From contig CBDCDZ010000004.1 in the NCBI GenBank assembly GCA_965215565.1, positions 2,304,001-2,368,000 on the forward strand: a stretch of DNA of 64,000 bases. The letters are read 5' to 3'. This stretch comes from Trueperaceae bacterium (GTDB lineage Bacteria > Deinococcota > Deinococci > Deinococcales > Trueperaceae). The position numbers were made by a program, and so were the translations under genes. Below the pieces are notes generated by a model. It did no database searches and had not been told where the DNA came from. It worked only from the letters and a program-made list of their open reading frames with translations. Position 1 is the stretch's first letter. Every line of letters begins with the position of its first letter. Shown one piece after another: positions 20,635 to 30,239 of this stretch.

Positions 20635-21237
20635 TCACGTCGTCACCTCGGCTAGGGCCCTAGCGTCCGCCGCCTCGCGGAGCGCGAGTTCCGGGTTGAC
20701 GCCCGCAGCGCGCGCGTAGTCCACTACCGCGAGCAGCAGTTCGCCAACCTCTTTGTCTGCCGACTTCACGACCTCCTCTTTCGAGCCCTCCGCCCAGCCC
20801 AGCTTCTTGCCAAGCTCGTGCGCCCGCATCAGCGCGGGCAGCGCGCGCGGCACCGTCTCGGCGGGCGAGACTTCACCCCTCTTCTCAGTCGCCTTGATCG
20901 CTTGCCAATTCGCCAAGACCTCAGCGGCGTTCTCTGCTCTCGCGTCCGCGAAGATATGCGGATGCCGCCGAACTAACTTGGCGACGATCGCCTCTTCTAT
21001 AGCGGCGTAGTCGAAGCGCCCGTCCGCTTCGGCGATGACCGCGTGAAAGGCGACTTGCAAAAGCACGTCACCGAGTTCGTCGGTCATCGCTGCGTCGTCA
21101 CCCGAGGAGATGGCGTCCACAGCTTCGGCGGCTTCCTCGAGCAGATAGGGTCTCAGTGACTCGTGCGTCTGCTCCTTATCCCACGGGCACCCGTCCGGCG
21201 CGCGCAGGCGGCGCATCGTCTCTAGTAATCGTTGCAT
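20635..21237 (-). CDS. mazG: MazG-family nucleoside triphosphate pyrophosphohydrolase (short)
   Basis: GCPWDKEQTHESL, EEAAE, ELGDVLLQV, RRHPHIF; leaderless TAGACT. Confidence 0.92.
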   Translation of the reverse strand: MQRLLETMRRLRAPDGCPWDKEQTHESLRPYLLEEAAEAVDAISSGDDAAMTDELGDVLLQVAFHAVIAEADGRFDYAAIEEAIVAKLVRRHPHIFADARAENAAEVLANWQAIKATEKRGEVSPAETVPRALPALMRAHELGKKLGWAEGSKEEVVKSADKEVGELLLAVVDYARAAGVNPELALREAADARALAEVTT

Positions 21238-21371
21238 AAGGCAGTCTACCGCGCAGATGTCGAGAGAGAAAGGTTAAAGAGAAAAGAGGAAAGTTCCAAT
21301 CTTATCCTCTTTAACCTTTTCTCTTTCCTCTCACTCCTTTCAACCGTCTTTCGCCTCAGTCTTTTTCTCTT

Positions 21372-22136
21372 TTAACTTAGCTTGATCGCCGCCCAGTGCC
21401 GCCCCGTCTTGCCCGCGTCGCGCCGATGCGAATAGAAGCGCGCGGCGTCGCTGTAGGTGCACCAACCCGATCTCCAAACATTTTCAGGAAGAACGCCCGC
21501 ACGCCTCAGCGCCCAGCGGTTCGCCGCCGCGATATCCAACCGGAAGCGTCCCTTGTCGTCAGGGTAGGAGACGTGCTCGGGAAAGCCCGCGTCCGCGAAC
21601 GCCTGCGCGACCTCCTCCCCGACTTGGTAGCGCGGCGCGCTGATACCTGGTCCGGCGGCGACGCGGATGTTGCGGGGGTCAGAGCCGTAAAGCGCCCCCA
21701 TCTTGCGAACGACTTCCCCCGCGATTCCCTTTACCGTACCGCGCCAGCCGCAGTGCGCCGCCCCCACAACCCCTTTCACGGGGTCGTGAAACAGGAGCGG
21801 CAGACAGTCCGCTACGCTAACCACGAGGAGCAGTTTCGGGTCGTCCGTCACCGAGGCGTCCGCTTCTCGCTCGAACCAAGTCGGCGCGCCTTTGATAACG
21901 CGCGCGCTGTGGACTTGATGGAAGGCGCAAACCTCTCCTTCGGTCACGCCGAACGCCGCCATGACCCTGCGGCGGTTCTCCGCAACCTGCTCAGGCGCGT
22001 CGCCGCTGCTGAGCCCCAAGTTAAGACTGTCGTAAGGTACCGCGCTGACGCCGCCTGTTCGTACGGTGAAGCCGTGCGGCACGCCTAAATTGGGCGCAGT
22101 GAGGAGGTCTAAGGTGGACGTGTCGGCTGTGCGCAT
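21372..22136 (-). CDS. pgeF: Peptidoglycan editing factor / YfiH family
   Basis: SLNLG, QVH, ADCLP, HCGWRG, FYSHRR. Confidence 0.93.
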   Translation of the reverse strand: MRTADTSTLDLLTAPNLGVPHGFTVRTGGVSAVPYDSLNLGLSSGDAPEQVAENRRRVMAAFGVTEGEVCAFHQVHSARVIKGAPTWFEREADASVTDDPKLLLVVSVADCLPLLFHDPVKGVVGAAHCGWRGTVKGIAGEVVRKMGALYGSDPRNIRVAAGPGISAPRYQVGEEVAQAFADAGFPEHVSYPDDKGRFRLDIAAANRWALRRAGVLPENVWRSGWCTYSDAARFYSHRRDAGKTGRHWAAIKLS

Positions 22137-22639
22137 GGCCCAAGTTTAGCTCGAGCTAAAGCCGTAACGTGCAAGTGCGAGGGTTTGTAAAACCCCCTTC
22201 GCAACACCCATTTCACCCGTTCGGCATATTTGTAATGAAATTTTCAGGGCGATGAGCCTGGTCTCGAGCACCCGGCGTCTCCCAACCACGCTTGTTTCTT
22301 ACCAGCCCTCTTATTTCTTAGAGGTCAACACAACCCGGTCAAAGCGCGCACCACACCCCTTTTTTTCAAGAAGGTTTGTGACGAGCGGCATCCCACCTCA
22401 ACGGGTTTCCCTCTCGAGAAATGAGTGAAGAGGTGGAAACAGCGTGAGGCAAGAGATTATAGGTCTACTAGGGGACGTCGCCCGCGCCCGTTCGACTCCG
22501 ACATCCAGTTATTCGAGCCGTGCGACCTAAACGTGCCGCCGCACGGGAGGTTGCGTCACAATAAGCTCGAGTGACAAAGCGAGTCGCAGGGACGAACCAG
22601 CAACTTGAATGACTTAAAGACAAGGCAAAGGAGAGCACG

Positions 22640-23539
22640 TTGAATACAGCGAACAGAATATGGAGCGGTACGAAGGTTTTCGGTTGGACAGTTTTACTTC
22701 TCGTCCTCCTAGCAGGCTGCAGCACCTTTTCGGAGGAGGAACCGGCGCTTTTAGTAGACGGTAAAAATGCCGAGGTTGCGGCGCAGGGGTCACCCACCGT
22801 TTCGGGCAAGCTCAGCCTGAGCATCCGCTCCTACCTGCCGATTTCAAAGGTTGAATACTACCTCGGTCCGACCAACGGGAGACCGTGGAAAGTCGCCACC
22901 GAACAACCCTTCGCCGCCGAGCTTGACACGGCGACGCTCGAGGACGGCGAACACACTATTTCCGCGCTTATCTACGTGGGTAGAAACGTCGTTGAGCCTG
23001 CGCCGCTTCTCATCGTCGTTGACAACTCGGACGACGACTCGAGCACTCCCCCCGACGACGGTGCGGGAACAAACCCTCCGCCCTCAGACCCGGAGCCTAG
23101 CCCGCCTTCAGATACACCACAAGGGGACACGCTGTCTCGGATGCTCGCGCTCGTCAACGAGGCGCGCAGCACGGGTTACGACTGTGACAGCAAAGGAAGT
23201 TTCGGTCCCACAAGTCCCCTCGAGCTAGACAGCCGCCTCTCTGCTGCTGCCCAAGTACAGGCTGACTATCTCGCTACGCGATCAGTCGAAGGTCTAACCC
23301 ACACAGGTCCGGGCGGCAGTGCAGTCAGCGACCGCGTCTCCGCTGAAGGCTACGTCTGGTCAACGGTAGGCGAGAACATCGCGGCGGGTCAACCCACACC
23401 GGAAGTGGTGACACAAGGGTGGCTCGAGAGTGACGGTCACTGCAGCAACATCATGAATCCTTCCTATCAAGAGATCGGTCTCGCCGTCGCTGGGGACAAC
23501 AGTCTCAGATGGGTCCAGGTGTTCGCTGCGCCCCGCTAA
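22640..23539 (+). CDS. Lipoprotein with an Ig-like domain and CAP/SCP domain
   Basis: Lipobox LAGC; Pro/Asp linker; LVNEAR, GENIAAG, WLESDGHCSNIM. Confidence 0.88.
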   Translation: MNTANRIWSGTKVFGWTVLLLVLLAGCSTFSEEEPALLVDGKNAEVAAQGSPTVSGKLSLSIRSYLPISKVEYYLGPTNGRPWKVATEQPFAAELDTATLEDGEHTISALIYVGRNVVEPAPLLIVVDNSDDDSSTPPDDGAGTNPPPSDPEPSPPSDTPQGDTLSRMLALVNEARSTGYDCDSKGSFGPTSPLELDSRLSAAAQVQADYLATRSVEGLTHTGPGGSAVSDRVSAEGYVWSTVGENIAAGQPTPEVVTQGWLESDGHCSNIMNPSYQEIGLAVAGDNSLRWVQVFAAPR

Positions 23540-23559
23540 AGGTCACGTTCGTTACGAAG

Positions 23560-23593
23560 ATGGTTCAGTCCTCAAATGAGACTGAACCATTTT
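23560..23593 (+). terminator. Probable terminator
   Basis: ATGGTTCAGTC..GACTGAACCAT followed by TTT. Confidence 0.7.
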
Positions 23594-23912
23594 GCTGTGA
23601 GGGAATACCGCAACGCGAAACTCACGCGAAGGTCTGGCGAGGGGGCTGAGAAGGATGGTCGGGGGGAAGCGTTGCTCGAGCCTAGCGAATGGTGAAACTA
23701 AAACTATCTTGGGCGTCGTGCGCTGGGTAGCAAAGCCGTAGCCCATCCGGGTGTACGCTGAACTCTGCGGCTGAATAAGACAAAGTTCAGGGCAACTGAG
23801 CTTATATCGAGCAGCCTACTACATGCAAAAACCACCTAGAACCAGACTATATTTATCTACTTTTTAGTCAAAGAGTGCGACTTGGCTAAACGTCAGTCAG
23901 GAAGGACTCTTT

Positions 23913-25229
23913 ATGTCAACCTCATTCGAAAGCTTCAATCTTCACCCCCGCGTCGCCGCCGGTCTCAAGACCGCTGGTTACAGCACGCCTACCCCCATCC
24001 AACAGCGCGCTATACCGAGTGTTTTAGAGGGGCGCGACGTGTTGGGTTTGGCGCAGACCGGCACGGGCAAAACCGCCGCTTTCGCGCTGCCGCTCCTCCA
24101 CCGCCTCCAGGACGGTCCGAGGGGGCGTATCCGGGCGCTCATCGTCGCGCCGACGCGCGAGTTAGCCGAACAGATTAACGACGAGATTCGCCTGCTCGGG
24201 AAGAGCACGAATTTGCGGAGCGCTACCGTGTACGGCGGCGTGGGTATGACGCCGCAGATACGCGCTCTGAAGGGCAACGCCGAAGTTATCGTGGCGTGCC
24301 CTGGGCGCTTGCTAGACCACATAGAGCGCAACAACGCGGACCTCTCTAAACTAGAGGTGCTCGTTTTGGACGAGGCGGACCACATGTTCGACATGGGCTT
24401 TTTGCCCGCGATTAAGTCCATCGTCAAGCGCGTGCCGCACGGGGCGCAGCGCCTCCTCTTCTCCGCCACGATGCCTGACGCGCTGCGGCAGCTCGCCAAA
24501 AGCATCTTGAACAATCCTATCACCGTAGAGATCGGGCAAGCCGCGCCCGCTGAGACCGTCACGCACGCGCTCTACCCGGTGGCGCGCCATCAGAAGACCG
24601 CCATGCTCAAACACCTCTTGCGCGCCCACGATACCCGCTCGGCGCTCGTCTTTACCCGCACGAAGCACGGTGCGAAGCGCCTCGCGGCGCAACTCGACAA
24701 GGACAACTTCTTCGCGACGTCGCTCCAGGGCAACTTGTCGCAAAACAAGCGGCAAAAGGCGCTAGACGGCTTTAAGCGGGGTGACGTTCACGTCTTAGTC
24801 GCCACCGACATCGCCGCGAGAGGCATCGACGTGTCGCGCGTCTCGCACGTCATCAACTACGACATCCCCGACACACCCGAGGCGTACACCCACCGCCTTG
24901 GGCGGACCGGACGCGCTGAGCGGAGCGGCGAGGCGTTCACGTTCGTCACGCCGGACGATGAGAGCGCCGTTCGCGCCATCGAGCGCTCGCTTGGGGAACG
25001 GATAGGGCGCGTCACCCTCGACACCTTTGTCTATGAAAGCGCGCAGGAGAACCGCACCACTTCCGACGAGTCGCCCCCCTCTCGGCGCAAGCAAGCGGGG
25101 CGCGGAGGTGGGCGCTCGAACCGTCCGTCACGTTCAGAAAGCGCGAAAGGGCGGGGCGTGGGTGGAGAGGGCGCAGGCGGGCAGCGCTCACAGCGTCGCC
25201 GCCGCAAGAACGTCAAAAAAGAGGGGTAA
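23913..25229 (+). CDS. DEAD-box RNA helicase (RhlE-like)
   Basis: Q motif, AQTGTGKT, PTRELA, DEAD, SAT, ARGID, HRLGRTGR, basic tail. Confidence 0.95.
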   Translation: MSTSFESFNLHPRVAAGLKTAGYSTPTPIQQRAIPSVLEGRDVLGLAQTGTGKTAAFALPLLHRLQDGPRGRIRALIVAPTRELAEQINDEIRLLGKSTNLRSATVYGGVGMTPQIRALKGNAEVIVACPGRLLDHIERNNADLSKLEVLVLDEADHMFDMGFLPAIKSIVKRVPHGAQRLLFSATMPDALRQLAKSILNNPITVEIGQAAPAETVTHALYPVARHQKTAMLKHLLRAHDTRSALVFTRTKHGAKRLAAQLDKDNFFATSLQGNLSQNKRQKALDGFKRGDVHVLVATDIAARGIDVSRVSHVINYDIPDTPEAYTHRLGRTGRAERSGEAFTFVTPDDESAVRAIERSLGERIGRVTLDTFVYESAQENRTTSDESPPSRRKQAGRGGGRSNRPSRSESAKGRGVGGEGAGGQRSQRRRRKNVKKEG

Positions 25230-25386
25230 TACCCTTTCCGGTTAAATACGCTACTCTGTAGCGTATTTAATCCCGAGCGGATGCGAGTAGAAATAGTGAC
25301 GGATTCCGGTGAGCACGGAATCAACTCCGGCTCCAACGAAGCACGCAGTGTCGGAGTTTATGCAGTAATCAACCGGAATCCGTGTA
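25230..25386. repeat. Deinococcus-type small intergenic repeat / MITE
   Basis: TACCCTTTCCGGTT...CCGAGCGGATGCGAGTAG...ACGGATTCCGGT...AACCGGAATCCGTGTA with nested inverted repeats; the resemblance to Deinococcus repeats is from memory. Confidence 0.6.
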
Positions 25387-25599
25387 ACATGGCGGAAAAG
25401 CTCGAGGTCTTAGGGGGGAGACGCGCCTAAGAGGTTCGGGCTCAAGCCCGGTAAACGCGGCGCTGCAAAGGATGCTTGGCTGACTTCGTGGTCATCAGCG
25501 TTCATCTTAAAATAGTCCCAACTCTAACGTCACACTACGAGTTTGACTATGAATCTGAACATAGACCTCGCAGCAACAAGAAGTTTGGAATTTTGATCT

Positions 25600-26364
25600 A
25601 TGAGTTTAGCAGCGCCTTCTAACCCAACTGTCCTCATCATCGAGGACGAACCCACGATGGCGGACATCCTCGCCGAAAACCTGAGCGAAGAGGGCTACGA
25701 CGTGGAGGTCGCGCCCAACGGCAACGCGGGCTTGCAGACGTGGCGTACGCTTCAGCCCAACCTCGTCGTTTTGGACGTCATGCTCCCCTACAAAAGCGGC
25801 TATGAGGTCTGCAAAACGATGCGCGAGAGCGGCGACACGACGCCCGTCCTCTTTTTGAGCGCCAAAGGTCAGCCCGAAGACCGCGTGCAAGGACTCCTCG
25901 CAGGCGGTGACGACTACCTCCCCAAACCCTTTCATCTACCCGAGTTCTTGCTCCGCGTTCAAAATATGCTCAAACGTCAAGACTGGGGGCGACAAGCGCA
26001 GAACGGGCAAGCGCAAAGTGAACGTCCAACTGAAGCGGTGCTTCACTTCGGCGGGCATGAGGTCAACTTTCGCACCTGGACGGTGACCTTGGCGAGTGGA
26101 CGGAGCGAACTCCTCAGCGAGCGTGAGCTAGGTATCCTCAAACTCCTATCTGAGCGTGAGAATGAGGTCGTGAGCCGTGACGACATCTTAGATGAGGTCT
26201 GGGGTGACGACACTTTTCCGTCAAGTCGTACGGTAGACAACTTCGTGATGCGGCTGCGCAAGCTCTTCGAGCCAGAACCCTCGAGCCCCGTCTACTTTCA
26301 CACCGTGTGGGGCGTGGGGTACAAGTTCACGCCGGACGGTATGGAGCAACCTGGTAAAATATAG
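25600..26364 (+). CDS. OmpR/PhoB-family response regulator
   Basis: IIEDE, LDVMLP, FLSA, DDYLPKPF, RTVDNF..LRK, TVWGVGY. Confidence 0.95.
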   Translation: MSLAAPSNPTVLIIEDEPTMADILAENLSEEGYDVEVAPNGNAGLQTWRTLQPNLVVLDVMLPYKSGYEVCKTMRESGDTTPVLFLSAKGQPEDRVQGLLAGGDDYLPKPFHLPEFLLRVQNMLKRQDWGRQAQNGQAQSERPTEAVLHFGGHEVNFRTWTVTLASGRSELLSERELGILKLLSERENEVVSRDDILDEVWGDDTFPSSRTVDNFVMRLRKLFEPEPSSPVYFHTVWGVGYKFTPDGMEQPGKI

Positions 26365-26367
26365 ACA

Positions 26368-26383
26368 GAAGGTATATACTTTC
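26368..26383. promoter_or_regulatory. Palindromic operator overlapping the -10 of vapB
   Basis: GAAGGTATATACTTTC; TATACT lies 5 nt before the ATG. Confidence 0.6.
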
Positions 26384-26385
26384 TT

Positions 26386-26670
26386 ATGGAACTGAACACG
26401 GTTGAAAAAGATAAGCAGCGCAATGAGAAACAAGACGAGACCGCCAAGTTGTTCAAGAATGGTAACTCCCAGGCGGTCAGACTGCCCAAAGCCTACCGTT
26501 TTGAAGGGGACAAAGTCTTTATCCGCCAAGAAGGAGATAACATTATCTTGTCGCCCTATAAGAGCCCTACCGAACGACTCATCGAGAGCTTAGCGATGTT
26601 TACAGACGACTTTCATCTCGAGCGCAACCAGCCTACTCGGGTCGAAGAGCGTGAACCCTTTGACCCATGA
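26386..26670 (+). CDS. vapB: AbrB/MazE-type VapB antitoxin
   Basis: AKLFKNGNSQAVRLPKAYRF motif; ATGA overlap with vapC. Confidence 0.93.
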   Translation: MELNTVEKDKQRNEKQDETAKLFKNGNSQAVRLPKAYRFEGDKVFIRQEGDNIILSPYKSPTERLIESLAMFTDDFHLERNQPTRVEEREPFDP

Positions 26671-27071
26671 CCTATCTGCTAGACACCGACATTTGCATCT
26701 ATATTCTCAACCGAAGACCGACTCAGGTCGCCGAAAAATTTAGAGAGGTCGGGGCTGAGAACATCGCGCTGTCTAGCATCACGATTGCCGAGCTGTATTA
26801 TGGCGCGGAGAAAAGCCGCTCAGGTGAGCGCAATAGGCGAGCACTGGCGCAGTTCATCGCGGCACTTATCACTGCTGATTTTGGCGCGGAAGACGCCAAA
26901 GTTTACGCAAAGCTCAGAGCAGGCCTCGAGCGTCAAGGCACACCCATCGGTCCCTTGGACACCCTTATCGCCGCGCACGCGCTCAATTTAGAGGCGACTT
27001 TAGTCACGAACAACACCCGCGAGTTTTCAAGAATCCCTGACCTTCTCGTAGAAAATTGGGCTGATGTCTAA
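26667..27071 (+). CDS. vapC: VapC PIN-domain toxin
   Basis: YLLDTDICI, ELYYG, IGPLDTLIAAHA, LVTNN.REF. Confidence 0.95.
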   Translation: MTYLLDTDICIYILNRRPTQVAEKFREVGAENIALSSITIAELYYGAEKSRSGERNRRALAQFIAALITADFGAEDAKVYAKLRAGLERQGTPIGPLDTLIAAHALNLEATLVTNNTREFSRIPDLLVENWADV

Positions 27072-28464
27072 ACTAACGGATGACAAAGCTAAGCTCGAGA
27101 CCCTGCTCGAGCACACCCTCCACACCGCCACCGAATTTTTAACCTCTTTAGACGAGAGAAGCGTCGCTATCTATCCTAAAGAGCAAACACATCAACCTCT
27201 CCCTAGTGAAGGACTAGGCGCAAAAAAGGCGCTCCAAGACTTTATGACTCGCTACGGCGAGGGACTTTCAGGTAGCGCAGGCTCGCGCTACTTCGGCTTC
27301 GTCACAGGCGGCGCGACGCCTGCGGCATTAGCGGGAGATTGGCTCACCTCGGTGTTTGACCAGAACGCGACGGGCTACGGCGATTCAGTTGCGCCCCTTG
27401 TCGAGTTGGAAGCGATTGCGATGCTCTTGGAGCTTTTCGGCTTGCCCAAAACCTTTAGCGGCGTGTTCGTTACGGGTGCAACGATGTCGAACATAACGGG
27501 TTTGGCGCTGGCGCGGCAGTGGGTGGGCAAAGAGCGCGGTGTGGATGTAGCGGAAGAGGGGTTGCGTGAGCCCATCCCCGTTCTAGCGGGAACGCCTCAT
27601 TCCTCTGTTTACAAAGCCTTAGCGATGCTGGGAATGGGGCGGCGTAGCGTCGAGAAAGTCGCCTGTTTAGAAGGGCGTGAGGCGGTGGATGTGGAGAGGT
27701 TGGAGGAGAGGCTCGAGCACCACAGTAGTCAAGGTCAACCCTGCATTGTCATCGCGAGCGCAGGTACGGTCAACACCGTAGATTATGACGACATCGCCGC
27801 GATTGCTAAGCTGAAAGAAAAATACCCTTTTTGGCTCCATGTGGACGGCGCGTTCGGCGGTTTTGCTGCCGTGTCACCGAAAACTTCTCACCTCGTCGTA
27901 GGCTGGGAACACGCCGACTCGGTTACGGTGGACAACCACAAATGGCTCAACGTCCCTTACGATTCCGGTGTGCTGCTTACTCGCCATAAAGAGTTACAGA
28001 CTGAGGTTTTCCAAAACGCTGCTGTTTACTTGGGCAACCCCTCGGATGAGCCCAACTTCGTTCACCTGACGCCGGAGAACTCGAGGCGTTTCCGCGCCCT
28101 GAGCGCTTGGATGACGCTGCAAGCGTACGGAAAAGAAGGCTACCGTGAGATAGTCGAGCGCTGTAGCGAGCTTGCTGAGCGGATGGGGACGTGGATTGAA
28201 GATTCACCTGAGTTTAAGCTACTCGCACCTGTGCAGATGAACGGCGTCTGCTTTACGTTGAGTGGCGAACCCACCGCTGAAGACATCGACGCTTACTTGA
28301 AGAGGTTGAGCGACGAAGGCGAGGTTTTCCTCACGCCGACGAACCTCTTCGGGATACCCGCTATTCGCAGCTCCATCAGCAACTGGCGCACCAATGAAGA
28401 AGACCTCGAGCGTGCTTGGAGCGCTATGCAACGCGCCCTCAAACCTGAGAGAATTGGGGCATGA
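27064..28464 (+). CDS. Group II PLP-dependent (aromatic/glutamate-type) decarboxylase
   Basis: YFGFVTGG, GATMSN, HSS, AGTVNT, HVDGAFG, DNHKW (PLP lysine). Confidence 0.9.
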   Translation: MSKLTDDKAKLETLLEHTLHTATEFLTSLDERSVAIYPKEQTHQPLPSEGLGAKKALQDFMTRYGEGLSGSAGSRYFGFVTGGATPAALAGDWLTSVFDQNATGYGDSVAPLVELEAIAMLLELFGLPKTFSGVFVTGATMSNITGLALARQWVGKERGVDVAEEGLREPIPVLAGTPHSSVYKALAMLGMGRRSVEKVACLEGREAVDVERLEERLEHHSSQGQPCIVIASAGTVNTVDYDDIAAIAKLKEKYPFWLHVDGAFGGFAAVSPKTSHLVVGWEHADSVTVDNHKWLNVPYDSGVLLTRHKELQTEVFQNAAVYLGNPSDEPNFVHLTPENSRRFRALSAWMTLQAYGKEGYREIVERCSELAERMGTWIEDSPEFKLLAPVQMNGVCFTLSGEPTAEDIDAYLKRLSDEGEVFLTPTNLFGIPAIRSSISNWRTNEEDLERAWSAMQRALKPERIGA

Positions 28465-29486
28465 GCCTATTTTTAGACGCCGCCAACGGCGCAGACACTT
28501 TCCGCGCTCCCATCTGGATCATGCGCCAAGCCGGGCGCTACCTCCCCGAATACCGCGCCATCAAAGAGAAGTCGAACTTCTGGGAGATGTGCCGCACGCC
28601 CGAGTTGGCCGCCGAGATCACCCTGCAACCGATTCGCCGCTTTGGGCTGGACGCTGCCATTTTATTTCAAGACATCATGACGCCGCTGCCGCCAATGGGC
28701 GTGAACATCGACTTTCGCCCCGGTCCGGTGTTTGAGGAGCCGATTCGCTCGGAAGAGGCGGTGGACGCGCTGCACGTTCCTGAAAAAGACGAGATTGCCC
28801 CTTACGTCGCAGACGCGATTAAACTCATCCGCGCGGACTCGCCTGTGCCCCTCATCGGTTTCGGCGGTGCACCGCTAACGCTGGCGACGTACATGATTCA
28901 GGGCGGCGGCTCCAAAGACTACGAGGACTTTCGGCAGTTTTTGCGCTACGCACCAGGGGCGGCGCACCGGCTCTTGGAGAAACTCACCGACGTCACCATC
29001 CGCTACCTCACCATGCAGCTTGAGGCGGGGGCGCAGGCGGTCCAGCTTTTCGACTCGTGGGCGGGCTTGCACACGGCGCGAACTTACGCTGAATTTGCCA
29101 AACCCTACAACCAGCGCATCTTCGACGCCCTCGCCGCTTACGACATCCCGCGTCTCTATATCGCGGTAGACGCCTTGCACCTTTACGGCGAAATCAAAGA
29201 CCTCTCGTGCGAAGTCGTAAGTGTAGATTGGCGCGTGCCGCTCTCGCACCTAAGACCGCTTCTACCCGGTAAAACGCTGCAAGGCAACTTAGACCCTGCC
29301 GTGTTGCTCGCACCACAAGAGGTCATAACCGAGGAGGCGGAGCGCGTGTTGCGCGAAGGCTTGGGCGGAGCGCATATCTTTAATTTAGGTCACGGCATCA
29401 TGAAGCAGACCGACCCGGAGAAGGTCAAGCATCTGGTGGAGACGGTCAAGGCGTTTGATAGGTGCACAGTTTTAGCGCAGCAATGA
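28461..29486 (+). CDS. hemE: Uroporphyrinogen decarboxylase
   Basis: PIWIMRQAGRYLPEYR, FDSWAG, QGNLDP, FNLGHGI. Confidence 0.97.
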   Translation: MSLFLDAANGADTFRAPIWIMRQAGRYLPEYRAIKEKSNFWEMCRTPELAAEITLQPIRRFGLDAAILFQDIMTPLPPMGVNIDFRPGPVFEEPIRSEEAVDALHVPEKDEIAPYVADAIKLIRADSPVPLIGFGGAPLTLATYMIQGGGSKDYEDFRQFLRYAPGAAHRLLEKLTDVTIRYLTMQLEAGAQAVQLFDSWAGLHTARTYAEFAKPYNQRIFDALAAYDIPRLYIAVDALHLYGEIKDLSCEVVSVDWRVPLSHLRPLLPGKTLQGNLDPAVLLAPQEVITEEAERVLREGLGGAHIFNLGHGIMKQTDPEKVKHLVETVKAFDRCTVLAQQ

Positions 29487-29592
29487 ACGACGTAAGAGGT
29501 TGGCTCGAGGAAGTTAGCGCCTCAGCATTTCGGCCTGTCAGGAAAAACCTGAAATGCTGATAGGCTTTCCTCCTAAGAGGTTGGCTCGAGCC

Positions 29593-29610
29593 CACACAAT
29601 ACCTTGTGTG
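29593..29610. promoter_or_regulatory. Inverted-repeat operator upstream of the second TA pair
   Basis: CACACAA-TACC-TTGTGTG abutting TGaTAAAAT, which lies 5 nt before ATG 29623. Confidence 0.7.
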
Positions 29611-29622
29611 ATAAAATCAGAC

Positions 29623-29823
29623 ATGGCGACGAACTTACAGATTGACGATGAACTGCTCTTAGAGGCGCAGAAACTAGGCGACTTCAAAACCAAAAAGGAA
29701 ACAGTCAATCAGGCGCTCAGAGCGTTTATCGAGCACCACAAGCAGTTGGAGATATTGGAACTCGAGGGGCAAATTGAGTATTACGACGACTACGACTACA
29801 AGAAACAGCGGCGAAGACGGTAA
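29623..29823 (+). CDS. vapB: RHH-type VapB antitoxin (DUF2191-like)
   Basis: MATNLQIDDELLLEA...TKKETVNQALR..; start moved to ATG 29623. Confidence 0.9.
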   Translation: MATNLQIDDELLLEAQKLGDFKTKKETVNQALRAFIEHHKQLEILELEGQIEYYDDYDYKKQRRRR

Positions 29824-29825
29824 GT

Positions 29826-30239
29826 GTGGCAGTGAAGGTCATCGTTGACACCTCGGTGTGGTCACTCTTTCTAAGGCAGCGCAACCGCCCCGAGCCAGAG
29901 GTTGCTGCGCTAAAAAAACTCATTCGCGCTCAGCGTGTGCAGATGCTCGGCGTCGTTAAGCAGGAGTTACTGTCCGATGTTAAAGAGTCAAGGCGCTTCG
30001 ACCAATTCCTTTCCGTGCTAAAAGGCTTCCCCGACCTCCTTGCAAGTAACCATGACCACATTACGGCGGCGAGCTGTTACAACACCTGTCGAGCGAGAGG
30101 AATTCAGGGCTCAGCGGCTGACTTCTTGATTTGCGCTCAAGCCATCAACCACGACCTACCCTTGCTCACGACGGATAGAGACTTCTCCTATTTCGCCGAG
30201 CATCTACCTCTCGTCCTCTACTCAGAAAGGCTCAACTGA
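29826..30239 (+). CDS. vapC: VapC PIN-domain toxin
   Basis: VDTSVWS, QELL, DFLICA, TTDRDF. Confidence 0.92.
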   Translation: MAVKVIVDTSVWSLFLRQRNRPEPEVAALKKLIRAQRVQMLGVVKQELLSDVKESRRFDQFLSVLKGFPDLLASNHDHITAASCYNTCRARGIQGSAADFLICAQAINHDLPLLTTDRDFSYFAEHLPLVLYSERLN

